From Octopus sinensis (taxonomy: Eukaryota): a stretch of 64,000 bases of DNA. The notes beneath the pieces were generated by a model that worked only from the letters and a program-made list of their open reading frames with translations, ran no database searches and was not told the origin of the DNA. Position numbers and translations under genes: made by a program. The stretch is taken from positions 95,294,001 through 95,358,000 of the forward strand of contig NC_043005.1 of the NCBI RefSeq assembly GCF_006345805.1, read 5' to 3'. Shown here piece after piece: positions 50,679-64,000 of this stretch. Numbering within the stretch: the first letter of the stretch is position 1; every line of letters begins with the position of its first letter.

Positions 50679-53600
50679 TTACAGATTTATGCTTAAAGTA
50701 GTGTCGTCTTTCATACAGACCATTTTTGCCACTTTTACCCACTTTTTATTAAAACATTCGTTCAACAAAGCCTTCCTCTCTATTCTCATCCTCCTTTTCA
50801 AGTGGTACTTGAAAAAGTTGACGAGAGATTGACCAGAGAGGAAGGTGTTTGTTTGCAGTCCTTTCAAACGCGTCCACCACACACATTCTTTCGCCATAGC
50901 CATCAGCGTAACGAAAACCGTTTTCCCTTCCCGTTTAAAGGAAGGTGATGGAACAATATTCAAGATAGACTCGGCCGATAGGCGGGCCCGACCTACACGT
51001 GACAACAGCTGTTCGACGAAGGTCCACAGCTCTGAAATATCTGGACACTGCACGAGTGCGTGCAGAACGGTTTCGTCGCTCTGACCACATCTCGGGCAGG
51101 TCGGTCCGGTGATGGTTTTCGAACCGTGCCTGTAGCTCTTCTCTCGAACAGGTAGTGCGTCTCGATAGCACTGCCAAGCCAGGGATTTCTGGAAGTTATC
51201 CATAGGCCCTGGCCCGAACGTCGCCCTGAACAGGCGGGTTAGGAATTTCTCGTCGACGCCCAGGTTTGCCCCGAGTGTGTCGTCGGACCTCCCCTCCACT
51301 AGTCCTCTGTAGAACGCTTTAGTCGTTTGTAAGTTGCACAAGTTTGACCCCGGTCGGCAGAGCTGCTGTAGAGCTTGGCGACACTCTCGGTGCCAATCGC
51401 CCAGTTTCGGTCTCTTCTTGATCCACGTTTGCAGTTCGGTCAGTGAGACGAGCTGCGGGAAGGCGAGCCTCACAAACGGCGCCCACACCTGTTCACCGTC
51501 GTCGATGAAGTTCCAGAGATGTCGCAGTCTCAGCGCATGCCTGCGCATCATCAACCACGGCATGCTCAGTCCTCCATTCAACGGATGTTGACAGCAAATG
51601 GACTTCCTCACCATCGGAACGCCACCCTTCCACAGGAAGCGGAAGAGTATGCGTTCCAGTTTGGTGATGGTGGCGTCGGGACAAGGTACGACGGTCAGGC
51701 GGTAATCGATGACGGATGCGATGTACGCGTTCGCCACCTCCGCCCGGCCTTTTAGGGATTGCTTCCTCTCAGCCCATTGCTGGGTGAGGGTGGCCAGCCT
51801 AGTCGTTATTTCGCCCCAGTTCTTCTCCATTTGGAGGTCTGGACCGAACCAGACCCCGAGCAATTTAACCGGTCCGTCGGTCCAGTGTCCCACGATGGAG
51901 ACACTGTTGGACGGCATGGGCTTGCTTCTCCAGGTGCCGAGCCGCAAGCCCACTGACTTTTCCCGGTTAATTTTTGCTCCCGTTACCGCTTCGTATTCTT
52001 TTAGTGTCACGCCGACCAGGTCGATGTGCTCGTGGCTCGATCCTTAACTACCCTGTCTATGATGTAGCGCATCAGATGGAGGTTGTCATGGGTACTTCTA
52101 CCCGGTACAGCGCACGTTTGCGCCTTGTCGACTAGTTTCTCGATGACAAACGCCTACCTCTCGACTAACACCTTGGCCAAAATTTTCAAATCTGCGTTGA
52201 GCAGAGTGATGGACCTGAAATTATCTATGACGTTCCCCTTGTTTGGGTCTTTCTTTAGCAGTGTCACTGCTCCTTGCTTTACAAAGGCGGGGATACTCTT
52301 GTTTTGATGCCAGTTGCAGTAGACAGCTGCCAAGACGCCTCCAAACAAGTCTGGCATATGACAATAAAGTTCGTAGGGCAGACCATCCAAGCCTGGTGAC
52401 TTGTCTCTCGCGCAACCTTCCATCGCATCCCGTAAGTCCGCGGCTGTGATGGGCTTTTCACAACACTCCGCCTCTCTTGCTGAGAGTCGTGATAGGGCAT
52501 GCAGGTAGGCACTAAAGTCCACTCTGCGTTCTGACCCACCACTTGTCCCAAACAGTTGGGTAAAGTGTTGTTGAAAAGCTTCACACATCATTTCAGGCTC
52601 AAGTAATTCGCGCCTTTTTTCATCTGTAAGTGACCTGAAGGTGGCTCTGTAGCCTCGTTGCGTTTCCACCACTCGGGCCTCTCGGGTGGTTTCAAATCCT
52701 TCGTTCCTCAGAGCACGCATCCTAGCTCTGACAACGCATTCTTCGTGTTTAGCGTTGAAGTGTTGGTCGAGGGCAAACCTCGCTGCCAGTACGTTGGATG
52801 CGATGCCAGTTTTAAGTGCCTCTTCTAAGTTCTTAAGTAAATCTCCCTCTATTCTATTTCGGTCTAATGCTAGGGCCTTAGTGTAACTAACCGATTCTGA
52901 TTTAATTGTTCTGTTTAGAGCATACCATCATCTGTTGTTGATTATGGCACCCGTCAAAGCTCTCTTTAATAATGTGCTAATCCGGTCCCCGTAAGCCTGG
53001 TGTTCCGTGAAAGACGCATTTAGCTTCCAGTAACTTGCCTATGAGTCTTATAGGCAAGCGTACAAGTCACAAATTTGTGGTCTGTGTAGCTGACTATATG
53101 GTATTGTGGATAACCTACACTATCTTTATCTACTGTCCTACAGAATACTCTAAGTACGATCTGGACGACCCGATGCGGTTGCTCCATGTCCACATTGGCA
53201 TATTCGTTTGGTCCAGTCGGTACCTGTCAGATAGTTGGAAACGTCTGAGCAGGTCGTTGAGGCATTTGCACCCCCTCCTATTACTATCTCTGCCCACGTA
53301 GTCTAGATGCGTGTCTAGGGTGGCGTTCCAATCCCCCACTAAAAGTAAAGGTCGAGACGTTCCCAGGAAAACATCTAGACGTCGAAAGAAATTTGGTCGG
53401 CCTGTTAAGGACGGTGCATAAACTGTTATCAGTCGAAAAGCACACTCATTGCTGCCATTGACATCCAAGACGACCAGCCTACCCTCCGGGTCTAGGAAAA
53501 TTGCTCTTACTTTGAAGTCCAGACTCTTCCGGACAAGCACTGCGGTGCCACCTCCGCCCATTCTCGGTAGACACGGAGAAAATTAATGTCGAAATGTGTG

Positions 53601-53752
53601 CCGAACATGTGCTGAAGTGCCCGCGGGCTGTGGAGTCTGGTCTCACTGATGGCTATGATATGCAGGTTTTGTGACTTGATGTCATTTAACAGGTAGCCTT
53701 GTTTCCAAGGCGACCCCAAGCCACGTACATTTATACTGCCTATTTTTAGCAT
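50679..53752 (-). pseudogene. ORF2 (APE endonuclease plus RT) of Tx1 copy 2
   Basis: ATG at 53752, then MLKIGSINVRGLG...AISETRL, LLLVGDWNA and SYLE/TDHKFV endonuclease motifs, with several frameshifts. A ~350-bp deletion at 52040/52041 removes the segment equivalent to about 5642-5994 of copy 1 (KAFDRV, QGCPLS, YADD). Confidence 0.85.
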
Positions 53753-53929
53753 GTTCCAATCGAAAGTTGTGAAAGTGAAAGAGAGAGTCACTTACTGTCC
53801 GAAAGTTCTTTGGTCTTCACCTCACGGTTTTTTTACAGTTTTTTCGACAAATATTTTTGAAATCTCCCAACTGTATTAGGGCAGAGAGATTTTAGGATGC
53901 TGTGTGTGTTTTGTGTTATGTGTATGATT

Positions 53930-55660
53930 TTAATGTGTTGTGCGTGGGTGATTATTTGTTTTGGTGTCATTTTCGGATATATCTGTGTTTGACCTAATGT
54001 ATTCCATTAGGTCGGGGTTGTTTGTGTTTATGGCTGTCAACATTCTTGGGGGGTTTGTGGTAGTGTGTTTGTGTTGATGTGTTTGTTTTCTACGGTTTCG
54101 GGAGTGGTAAACCTCCCTGCTTTGCTTGTCTGTTTTTCTATTCTTTTCCCCCCCTCTGGCTATTTGCCAATCCTCTGTGTCGTCTTCATTTGATGACATG
54201 TCAGAGGAATCAGAAAGTGGGAGGGGAAGTGTTTTGGGTCTATTTCTGACTGTGTTGTTGATGTTGGTGCTGGTTGGTGACAGTTGGGGTGTGGTGTATG
54301 GGTTTTTGGAGGTGGGGTATGGGTCTTTTTTGTTTTCTTTTCCTCCTTTGAAGTTGTTGTTGGTGGTAGTGATGATGGTGTTGTTTCTGTTCTTGGTGAC
54401 GCTGGTGGTGGTGTTATTTGGTTGGGCTTACTTGTTGGTTGGTGATCTTTCATTTGTTCATATAGTTTCTTGATTAGTTTTGCATATGGTGGTGTGGGTA
54501 ATAGAGCTGGTTTTTGTATGGTTTTTGGTTTTCTTGTGGTTGCTGTTGTTTTTCATGGTCTTATTGTTGTTGTTGTTGTTGTTGTTTCTGTGCTAGTGGG
54601 TACTTATTTTTTAAATGTGCGTTGCTACCACAAACGTAGCAACGAGGCTTTCTGCCTTCGACGGCCACATGTAAAATCGAACCGTTCCTCGATTGAATTC
54701 TATGTGGAATTTGCTCCTGGATCATTGGATTTATCTGAGCGAGGATATGAATTTCTCGGCCGATCCAGTGGTGATGGTCTACGATACCGATTTCCAAAAT
54801 ATTGATTTCGTCTTCGATGTCGTAACATATGGCGGACACGAGCCATAATATTTCCAATTCGGGAGGCACATTTTTTATTTTTATTTTTGTAACTCTACGG
54901 CCAAGGTATGTAGGTATCATTACTAAATTCTCGAATTGGAGGGACTTTGTGGAGAGGTCCTTGGCTCTTTCTTCACTATCGAATCGCACTTCAATGGTGG
55001 CAAATCTGTTGCCTCTTGCGATATAGGTTTTAAAGGCCCATATGGGTTTTAAACATTTTTCGACATTTTCTTGTGTGGCCTTTTCGTATATCCTTGTTTT
55101 GAGGTTGAATGTTTTGTAGATAATTGTTGTTTTTTTTTTCGATTTTTTTCTATAATGTCTTGAGGTGTCTGTAGCTGTATGCTGAACTTATCTTTTTTTA
55201 GCATTCCTTTACAGACAAGTAGTTCGTCCTTCGAAAAAGATACGTAAGTTTTTTTCAGCTTTAAAGCTACGGCAAAATTTTTTTCGCCATTCGTGTTGGT
55301 TGTGGTGGTGATGGCGGTGGTGGTGGTGGTAGCAGTGGTAGAGCCAGTAGCAGAAGCGCTTTCTAAGGGCTGTGTGTGTTCACGCGGAACGGCTTTGTTT
55401 TCAGCTTCCTTCGCCTCTGGCATTGGTAGAGGCGGGAAGTCGGCCTCGTGGTTTCGCATAGCCATACTCGACATTGTATCAGTGGAGTTGTCAGATGTGG
55501 TAGTTTTGGTGTTGGTGATGGTGGTGGTGTTGATAACAGGCTTATCATTTTTTGTAGTAGCGTCTTTGTTGGCTGACTCGACAATTCTTCTTTCTTCTGT
55601 CTTTCCCAAAGTAGGAAAATCCTTCTCAGAAAAAATCGCAGAATACTGCTCAACGACAAG
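53930..55660 (-). pseudogene. ORF1 (gag-like) of Tx1 copy 2
   Basis: Fragments at 55049-55609, 54561-54989 and 53930-54453. VEGRKPRCYVCGSNAHLKNKY is a CX2CX4HX4C knuckle with the last C changed to Y. No intact ATG was found. Confidence 0.7.
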
Positions 55661-56078
55661 ATTTCTCGATATTTTTTATCGAGAAATAAAAATCAATTAT
55701 TGAAAGGTTGATGAAAATGCCCCTAGGGGCGAATTCCACATTTAAAAACACCCAAACGAAAGTTGGGTGTTTGAAAAGTTCAAAACTCCGAAAATGTAAA
55801 CAAATAGATGTAACAGAGAGAGAGAACAGCGTCTATGCGTTATGAGGAACGCTTCGGCGACATTATGTAAAAATAAGCTAGAGAATCAAAAAATTTTTAT
55901 ATATAAACAAGGCTGAAATTGCCCCTAGGTGCAAAATCCCCTCCGGAAAACACACCCAGATGAAAGCTGGGTGTCTCACACACTCCGTGCGCGAAAATTT
56001 GAAATGAAACTTTTGCAAAAACAATAAAAAAACGGCGATTGACTTACGAGCCGATCCAACAACGAACACTATCGATCG

Positions 56079-56405
<327 letters not shown>

Positions 56406-56512
56406 CATACATGCATAAATACATATTACTCTGCTAAACTTCGTCGAGTTCTCTTATAGTTCGTAGTTTACTCTGTTCTCAATAAGCAATACTCACTCTC
56501 TCTCTCTCTCAC

Positions 56513-56543
<31 letters not shown>

Positions 56544-57534
56544 CTCTTGTGTGTGTGTGTGTGTGTGTGTTGTCTATAAGTATGTATGTTTATACGTTTG
56601 GACACTCCAAAAACCAATAAGCTTTAATTTGCTGCTCTCTTCGTACTGGCAGCATATTGCAATTACCGTGAAGCTAATTATTTTTTTCCATTTATTCATT
56701 ACTTATTACTTTGATTTTAATTAAGACAACATATGCTACCTTTTAAGAAATGTTATCAAAGTGTTACATCAAGAACCTGTTCTAATTCTGTCTTTTAGTA
56801 GAAGTTTTCGTTGCGGCTGATTGACTCGGACTAATGTGTCAGAGACAATGCTGTTTGAGATGGAAGCATGGATTTAAAAATACCCAGCTTGACGTCTTTA
56901 ATTACAATTTGCACTCGTTAATCTGTCGTTGGTAAAGTTTTAATATAATCTCGAGCTATTTGATAATCACTAAATATAACCATAAGAACCAATGCCATCA
57001 AAAATATGGGAGCAATTCCAAGCCGATCCTTTCCGTTTTTTTTTTACTTTTTGAGATATTTCCTTTCCCTTCGCCACTGTTGTTATAAAATGTCCACTTT
57101 TTTTCTAATTCTCCACTGAAATTCAACAGTTATTTTGTTGCTGTTTCGCAAAAAGAGTAAAAAGAGATACTTGTCTCGCAAAAGCATTGCAGCCTGGATT
57201 ACATCAATTTCGGTGATTTGGGAGTTATGTCTAGCAGAACGAGTAACCACTGAGAAGCTCCTTCGTTAATTCCTAACTTTTGTTGTTGTTGTTTGGTTCT
57301 ATGTTAACCATTAGAGAGAAGTCTTATCAGTTGCGTCCCAGCCGAGACCAACTTGTACATTTTGGACTACATTGATAAATGTGCCCTTCGTGTGTTTTAA
57401 AATACCCTAGTGGCATGAAGGAATGCAGTTATTAGATATTGCGGGTCGAGTGGAAGCTATTTCTGTCTCTCATCACTGAAAAATACTCAAACGATGAAAA
57501 CTGATTGAATGCAGTGAAATTTTCCCTGCTTAAA

Positions 57535-58150
57535 GGCGGCGAGCTGGCAGAGTGGTTAGCACGCCGGGCGAAATGAGTAGCTGTATTTCGTCTGCCGCTA
57601 CGTTCTGAGTTCAAATTCCGCCGAGGTCCACTTTACCTTTCATCCTTTCGGGGTCGATAAATTAAGTAGCAGTTACGCACTGAGGTCGATATATATCGAC
57701 TTAATCCGTCTGACTGTCCTTGCTTGTCTCCTCTGTGTCCAGCCCCTTGTGGGTAGTAAAGAAATAGGTATTTCGTCTACCGCTACGTTCTGAGTTCAAA
57801 TTCCGCCAAGGTCGACTTTGCTTTTCATCCTTTCGGGGTGATTAAATAAGTACCAGTTACGCACTGGGGTTGATATAATTGACTTAATCCCTTTGTCTGT
57901 CCTTGTTTGTCCCCTCTATGTTTAGCCCTTTGTGGGCAATAAAGAAATAAGAAACGTTTGCACGCCGGGCGGAAATGCTTAGCGACATTTCGTCTGCCTT
58001 TACGTTCTGAGTTCAAATTCCACCGAGGTCGACTTTGCTTTTCATCCTTTTGAGGTCGATAAATTAAGTACCAGTTGCGTACTGGGATTGATCTAATCGA
58101 CTGGCCCCTCCCCTAAAAATTTCGGGCCTTGTTCCAAGAATAGAAAAGAA
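57535..58150 (+). mobile_element. Trimeric SINE family B composite
   Basis: Three head-to-tail units. Units 1 and 2 end in the ...agcccc/tttgtggg..a.taaagaaata module; unit 3 has the ggccttgt...tagaaaaga tail also seen at 35790-35820. Confidence 0.8.
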
Positions 58151-58476
58151 TATTTTTCGTGCTATGTGTGTGTATGTGTGTGTGTGTGAGTGTGTAGCTT
58201 AGCTTCTTTACGTTTTTTTTTTTTTTCATAATGATGAGGCCAAGTGCTGGTGCGGCCTTCCCTCCCATCTAGCCGGCGCACCTTCGATATTCCACTGGAT
58301 AGGTGAGAGCCGAGTGTGCATCCATGTCTGCTTGCGATAACACAAGCAATCTTATCAATAGTGTTAATAATGCTTCACGTGGTTAAATAAATAATTAGAT
58401 GAGCTCGGTGTGATGATATACAATAAAACACAGATTGACTTTGTTTATTAATGTGAACAATGTTTCGACAAAGAAT

Positions 58477-58523
<47 letters not shown>

Positions 58524-58538
58524 CTCTCTCTCTCTCAC

Positions 58539-58605
<67 letters not shown>

Positions 58606-59028
58606 CTTTTCTTTTTGCTTTGTTACGAACAAACGAAACTTGATGTCATTTTGTCTAGGGAGGAACGCGGGACAGTACAATTGAAATTTTGAATTTCTAC
58701 ATTCCTGTGTATTTTTCTGACAAGTAATGTTTATCGCTACATCTAGCTACTTTGTGCGTTTTTCACTTCTCAGTTTGAACCTGAAGACCGTGGGACCTGT
58801 ATGAATTTCCAGCCGAATGCACAAAACATAACCTGATGTATGTTGGTTGCACAACAGAAAATTCAAATAAAAGTTTTAATAGGCTTATGTACGATGTCAA
58901 ACATAATATCGCTACTTCGGCAAAACTTGCTGAGCATTTTACATGAAACAATTTTGAATTTGACGAACACCTGAAAGCACTCCGACACCACTGCACTTTC
59001 AGTCCTCCAAACACTTACATTTAAATAT

Positions 59029-59158
59029 ATTTCTTTATTGCCCACAAGGGGCTAAACATAAAGGGGACAAGCAAAGACAGACAAAGGGATTAAGTCGATT
59101 ACATCGACCCCAGTGCGTAACTGGTACTTTATTTATTGACCCCGAAAGGATGAAAATC
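59029..59158 (-). mobile_element. 5'-truncated SINE-B variant ending at the Tx1-like module
   Basis: Minus strand ends ...agccccttgtgggcaataaagaaata. Confidence 0.75.
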
Positions 59159-59552
59159 AAATATATTAATTTAAATATATTAATGAGTTACTAGCGTCAT
59201 GCCCCGGACGAAGGAACAAAATGACAGAATTCCATCAGATTTATATAAAGCTCTTTCAGTAAGTGTTCTCTTTCTTTTTTTACTCTTTCCTATTTTCTTA
59301 TTTCGTTCTTTCTTTTCCCCTTTCCCGTTTTCCTCTTTCATTCTTTTTCTTTTTCTTTTTAACCGATTACGGGCAAGTGAAACCTGGCATCTTTTTATCT
59401 AAGAAAGAACGTAGGATCGGTTGAAATTTTGAGTTTCTGCATTTTTTGCGTATTTTTCATTTTTCATTTTGAACTCGAAGCAGACCAACACAAAATAGTC
59501 TTAATCCTACACTGGGATCTCTCTCTCTCTCTTCCTCCTCTCTCTCCTCCCC

Positions 59553-59593
<41 letters not shown>

Positions 59594-61594
59594 AGTCAGT
59601 TACGTTGCACTGTTTGTTAGGTCGCAGGGAACCGAAATGGAGAAGGATTGAGTGAGGGACTTGTAACTTCTTTTCATAGATAAACTGGTATGTTACTGAA
59701 ACCGCCCAATGGCAGACTGATATGAAATGAAGTACAGCACGGTGTGGTCATGAAGAATAGAACAAGAGAGCAAAACCTTCTTGAACAGCATTACTACAAA
59801 ACGGAACGATTTACCAAAAGAGGTTTTCAAGAAAAAGGAAACGAATTATTTCAAGAGTAAGCTTTATGAAGATTGGAAGAATCCTTCCTTGAGCCATTAA
59901 TTCCAAGTGGAGTCATGCGAGGATGGGGTTGTCGTAACACGGAAAATCTTGGGTATCCTTCCATCCTTCTCTTCTGCCCAGTATTCTGGGGAGGGGCGTA
60001 GAGGTAGAGTCCTCAGGCACCTCATGCTTAGGGTCCAATAAAGAAGCAACCGTCATCAGACATTCCGGCTGGATTCCCAAGCATGACCAATTAAGACTAT
60101 GGATAGCCTTGTTCTTAGTCTACCCCTTGGTCTCTTGCTTGTTAGTTCAGCTTCAATAATCACGGGTATTTAAAAGAAAGCAGAGCCCATCGTTCTCCAG
60201 GTCGATTTCTTTAAGAGGTAGGAGAAAATAACCGACCATAGTAGTGCTGCTATATTTATCGATCTAGAAAAGGCAAAGCTGACCTTAGCAGGATTTGTAA
60301 AACATTCTTCCAGGTCGTCACCATATTGGAAGAATATTTAATTTTAAACACCATTCTTAAATCAAACCTAGAACAAGTACAATACCGATTTTCCAGACAC
60401 TGGAACCACTTATAATCAGCAGTAATTCACGCGGCCGCCAGGTGATTATCATGGCGGCTTTGTTTCACACTACAGTATTAATAAATTTGTATTTCATTTA
60501 ATTATTTAAGTAAAATTCTCTAGTTCGGAAAAATCAGTAATCTGGTAAGGCTTTGTTTCTAAACATGACTGGTACTTCATTTTATCGATCCCGGAAGAAT
60601 AAATAACAAGGCTCACATCACCGGAGTAAAGAAAAATGAACGTTTTATTCAACTCGCTAACCATTGTGCCAATCCATTCTGCCACTAAGTATTTTGCCCG
60701 ACGTGGTAACGATTCTGCCAGCTTGCCGCCTTGCCTTTGCCCTAGTAATATTACACCAATCCACTGTATGTGCGTAGCATAAGCAGTAGACAAATAACAA
60801 TAACACACTGCTTCGTTGTTATTTATCTTCATTATATATCCTTCACAGTTAAATTCATTCACAATACTCTCTCCCACACTTAATCTCAATTATGCGCATT
60901 CTTAGAGCCACGCCATAGTTTGCAGAAGCTATTACTCAACAAAGAATTTTATGGAATGTGACAAGAATGTCAGCTAAATATTACACACAAACAGTTAACG
61001 AAATTTTCCTCCAGTTATCCGATCAGCTTTATTATACATTAGTTGGCAGACATCTGGAACATTACACGTGCCTTCGGTGTACAGAGCTGTTCAACATGAC
61101 ATGTAATCTGTTATTTTTACCGTTGCTGTGATTGCTGATGTTGTAATCATTGTTAAGCCCCTAGTCAGCCCCTACGATAAAAAGCGATCCGATCGAGACC
61201 ATCGTGTCAATTTGGAATTTGGTAGGACGGAACATTATCCAATGTGCCCATCGATTTTCCATGATGGTGGGATATGATATGATGAAATTTGGCAGCTATT
61301 TCTAGCAGTTTGAGCGACCATTTTTCTTGCACAACCATCCTTAAAATTATATCTTCTAGATGAATCTATTAATCCACTTCTTACAATTAAAGGACACCAA
61401 TGATATTGAAGATATGAATACTCAGATTTCATAGATATTGAATTTGATTCATATATAATTCCTTTAGAAACAGATCATCATCTAATTAATCCCAATAAAA
61501 ACAAACACTCGAATAATTATTTCATCCGCAGATGTTATTCACTCCTGAACTGTCCCCTCTTTAGGAGTTGAAGTAGATGCCATTCCATGTAGAG

Positions 61595-61934
61595 CAGTAG
61601 TTCTCAACCGGGGTTCATATAAGACTTTTGGGGGTCCACACGAGCAAAATAGTAAATTGAGGGTCCACAGTATTTCAAGGGTTCACGAAAAACTTTTGCT
61701 TCAGATGTTTCCAGGTTTCTTCCTCTAACGTTCTACGCAGTTAAACATGTTCCCAGCCACTGAAACATGTTCTCTCTGAGAGTGCTGCATACCTATACAA
61801 GTGAACATGTGAAAAACAAAATAGGGATTTTGAAAGAAAACTAGCTTGTAAATTGGAATGGCTACGGCGGTCCACCAGAGTGAAATAGTAATCAACGCGA
61901 TCCCAAGGTAAAAAAAAATGGTTGAGAACCCCTG
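61595..61934. mobile_element. hAT-type MITE (~340 bp)
   Basis: Terminal inverted repeats cagtagttctcaacc and ggttgagaacccctg match at 13 of 15 positions and resemble hAT-Charlie termini. No matching 8-bp TSD survives. Confidence 0.55.
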
Positions 61935-62059
61935 GGGTTCTCCCTATTATTGTCAGCTCCCTATTATTTGTGTAATGATGGTTGTTGTATTTTTGTCATT
62001 GTTATTATAACTGTTGCAGCTATTGTTGTTTTCTTGTTAAATTTGCCCAAATAATTTCG

Positions 62060-62345
62060 ATTTCAAATTTTAGCACAAGGCCAACAAGCTTGGTGGAGGA
62101 AGTAAGACGATTTTATTCTTTATTGCTCACAAGGTGCTAAACATAGAGGGGACAAACAAGGACAGACAAAGTGATTAAGTCGATTACATCGACCCCAGTG
62201 CTCAACTGGTACTTATTTTAACGACCCTGAGAAAGATGAAAGGCAAAGTCGACCTCGATGGAATTTGAACTCAGAACGTAAAGACTGACGAAATGCCACT
62301 AAGAATTTTGCCCAACGTGGTAACGATTCTGCCAGCTCGCTGCTT
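62060..62345 (-). mobile_element. SINE family B copy containing the Tx1-like module internally
   Basis: The module (62113-62175) lies between near-identical 10-mers taagacgatt (62103-62112) and taagtcgatt (62176-62185). Confidence 0.75.
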
Positions 62346-63488
62346 TGCCCTTGCCCTAATAATATTACACCGTTGTTGTTGTTGCTGCTGCTGTGACTAT
62401 TATTGTTTCTATTTGCTGTTTCCTCCCTCACAGAAGCTGGTCGCCGTCGTCGTCGTCGCTGCCACCATCGTCATCGTAGTAGTAGTAGTAGTATAGTAGT
62501 AGTAGTATAGTAGTAGTAGTAGTAGCGTTTTTGCATCTTCTCGCTCCAATGAATTTACTGAATGAAAAATTTCCCTTTTCGGATTATTTTCCAGCGGGAG
62601 ACTTTACGCGAGTGTAGTTTACATCATTACTCTGGCAGACCCCCCCAAAAAATAGGTGTTTATTTTTAAACGTATTGCAATTTTATTTTCGTGCTTAAAT
62701 TTCTTTTCAATGTGACTAGTGGTCGTGCTAAGGCCGCCGGGAACACCCTCAAGAAAACTAATTTTGAACGTAACCACACAGAGTGTAAGCAAGCGATAAG
62801 AAAACAAACGAAACAGGCAGACAGATAGGCCTCGTCAAAAGAAATACTGAGGCTTTGCCAAATTAAAAAAAAAAACTACTGGAGGAAATTGTGACCGATA
62901 TGTGAAAAGATGTGGCTTCCCACGATCGAAGTACTTCTGGTTTTCATGACCAAGGATGAGATTGAGAGACAGGCTAAGTTGGTGAGCCTCACCCTTACTC
63001 ACAAGTTTACCCCCACAATATATGGATGAGTGGAATACAAAAGCTACAGATAAGGGCATTTCTAATTACTTTAACCCTTGGTTTCTCGCCATCCTTGTGA
63101 TGTTGTGTTGTGATAACCAGGAACAATGTGGTCGGGTGGATTCGATTTCTATTTCATTACTTTCATTTCTATTAGACTGGTATTTCCCCTTAAACAAAAC
63201 ATAACGTCACTCTATCCTAATTTTGTTCGGTAATAGAGGTGAGAGATTTTGTCTCTAATAAAGCGAATGCAATGTTATATATAGAGGGACTATTGATGCG
63301 TGTCCAGGGGTTGTTCAGTCGGTGGAAAATACTAATTAATTTCTTAAACAGAAAAAAAATAATAACACCATCAGTCAAGCAGTTACTGGTGTTTTTAACA
63401 ATGGCAGGAATGTTCGGCAAAAGGAATGTTCGCCATAGAAACGAATGGATCGGAAAATATATGTACACACATACAAGCACGCGCGCGC

Positions 63489-63557
<69 letters not shown>

Positions 63558-63915
63558 TGTATTGTATGGGTCTGCTTTTGTGTAGATACCAAAATATGCG
63601 TGCGTATGAACGCGTATCATTGTGAATTATGTGCAGACATACACGCATATAAGTAATTAAGCATTTATGTCCAGTAACAAATAACTGTACTTACATACAT
63701 ATAGAGATAGAAAAATACATACATATGTATAGACATACATATACATACACATATACATATGTGTATATATGCATACATGCTTGCATATATATGCATGCGT
63801 ACATCCAGCCAGCCAGTCATACATACATACATACATACATACATACATACATACATACATACATACATACATACATACATACATACATACATGCATACAT
63901 ACATACATACATACA

Positions 63916-63949
<34 letters not shown>

Positions 63950-64000
63950 CATACATACATACGTACGTATGTATGCCAATCTATAATACTTTTGAGACGT

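Larger units (their letters stand above)
50407..56078 (-). mobile_element. Tx1-clade LINE copy 2, near full-length (~5.7 kb), defective
   Basis: Comprises a 5' UTR, ORF1 with a zinc knuckle, and ORF2 with an APE endonuclease, partial RT and C-terminal zinc-binding motif. The 3' end reads gccctgtgtggctacaataaaaagt then (TATC)n. Clear protein homology with copy 1. Confidence 0.9.

Noticed and set aside
55980-56078. HDV-like ribozyme at the Tx1 (or R4) 5' end
   Set aside because: I could not build the nested double pseudoknot by eye; a descriptor or covariance-model search would be needed.
59860-60240. GC-richer unique segment
   Set aside because: No ORF of 60 aa or more, no splice pattern and no recognisable repeat motif.

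Overview
AT-rich, microsatellite-dense animal genomic DNA, most likely from an octopod cephalopod (inferred from recognising the SINE families, not from a search). One host gene is supported: a minus-strand TPPP/p25-alpha family gene with three coding exons (48361-48177, 45064-44896, 34649-34467). Splice phases match and give a 178-aa protein; a 5' exon is not located. The rest is mostly retroelements, and several lineages each sit in their own microsatellite type. Two diverged Tx1-clade LINEs are both embedded in (TATC)n with the same orientation and the same 3' junction register. R4/Dong-type RLE elements lie in (AAT)n. Penelope-like (PLE) sequences with hammerhead-ribozyme motifs lie next to (TA)n. 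Also present are RTE and CR1/Jockey-like relics and three tRNA-derived SINE families. The most notable observations are: (i) apparent (TATC)n targeting by a Tx1 lineage; (ii) a multimeric SINE whose ~50-nt 3' module matches the Tx1 3' end; (iii) a canonical type I hammerhead ribozyme at 17990-18036; (iv) a ~1.45-kb inverted duplication with a templated 64-bp insert joined to a PLE, which may be real or an assembly artefact. Nearly all other ORFs in the six-frame track are microsatellite translations or antisense frames of these elements.
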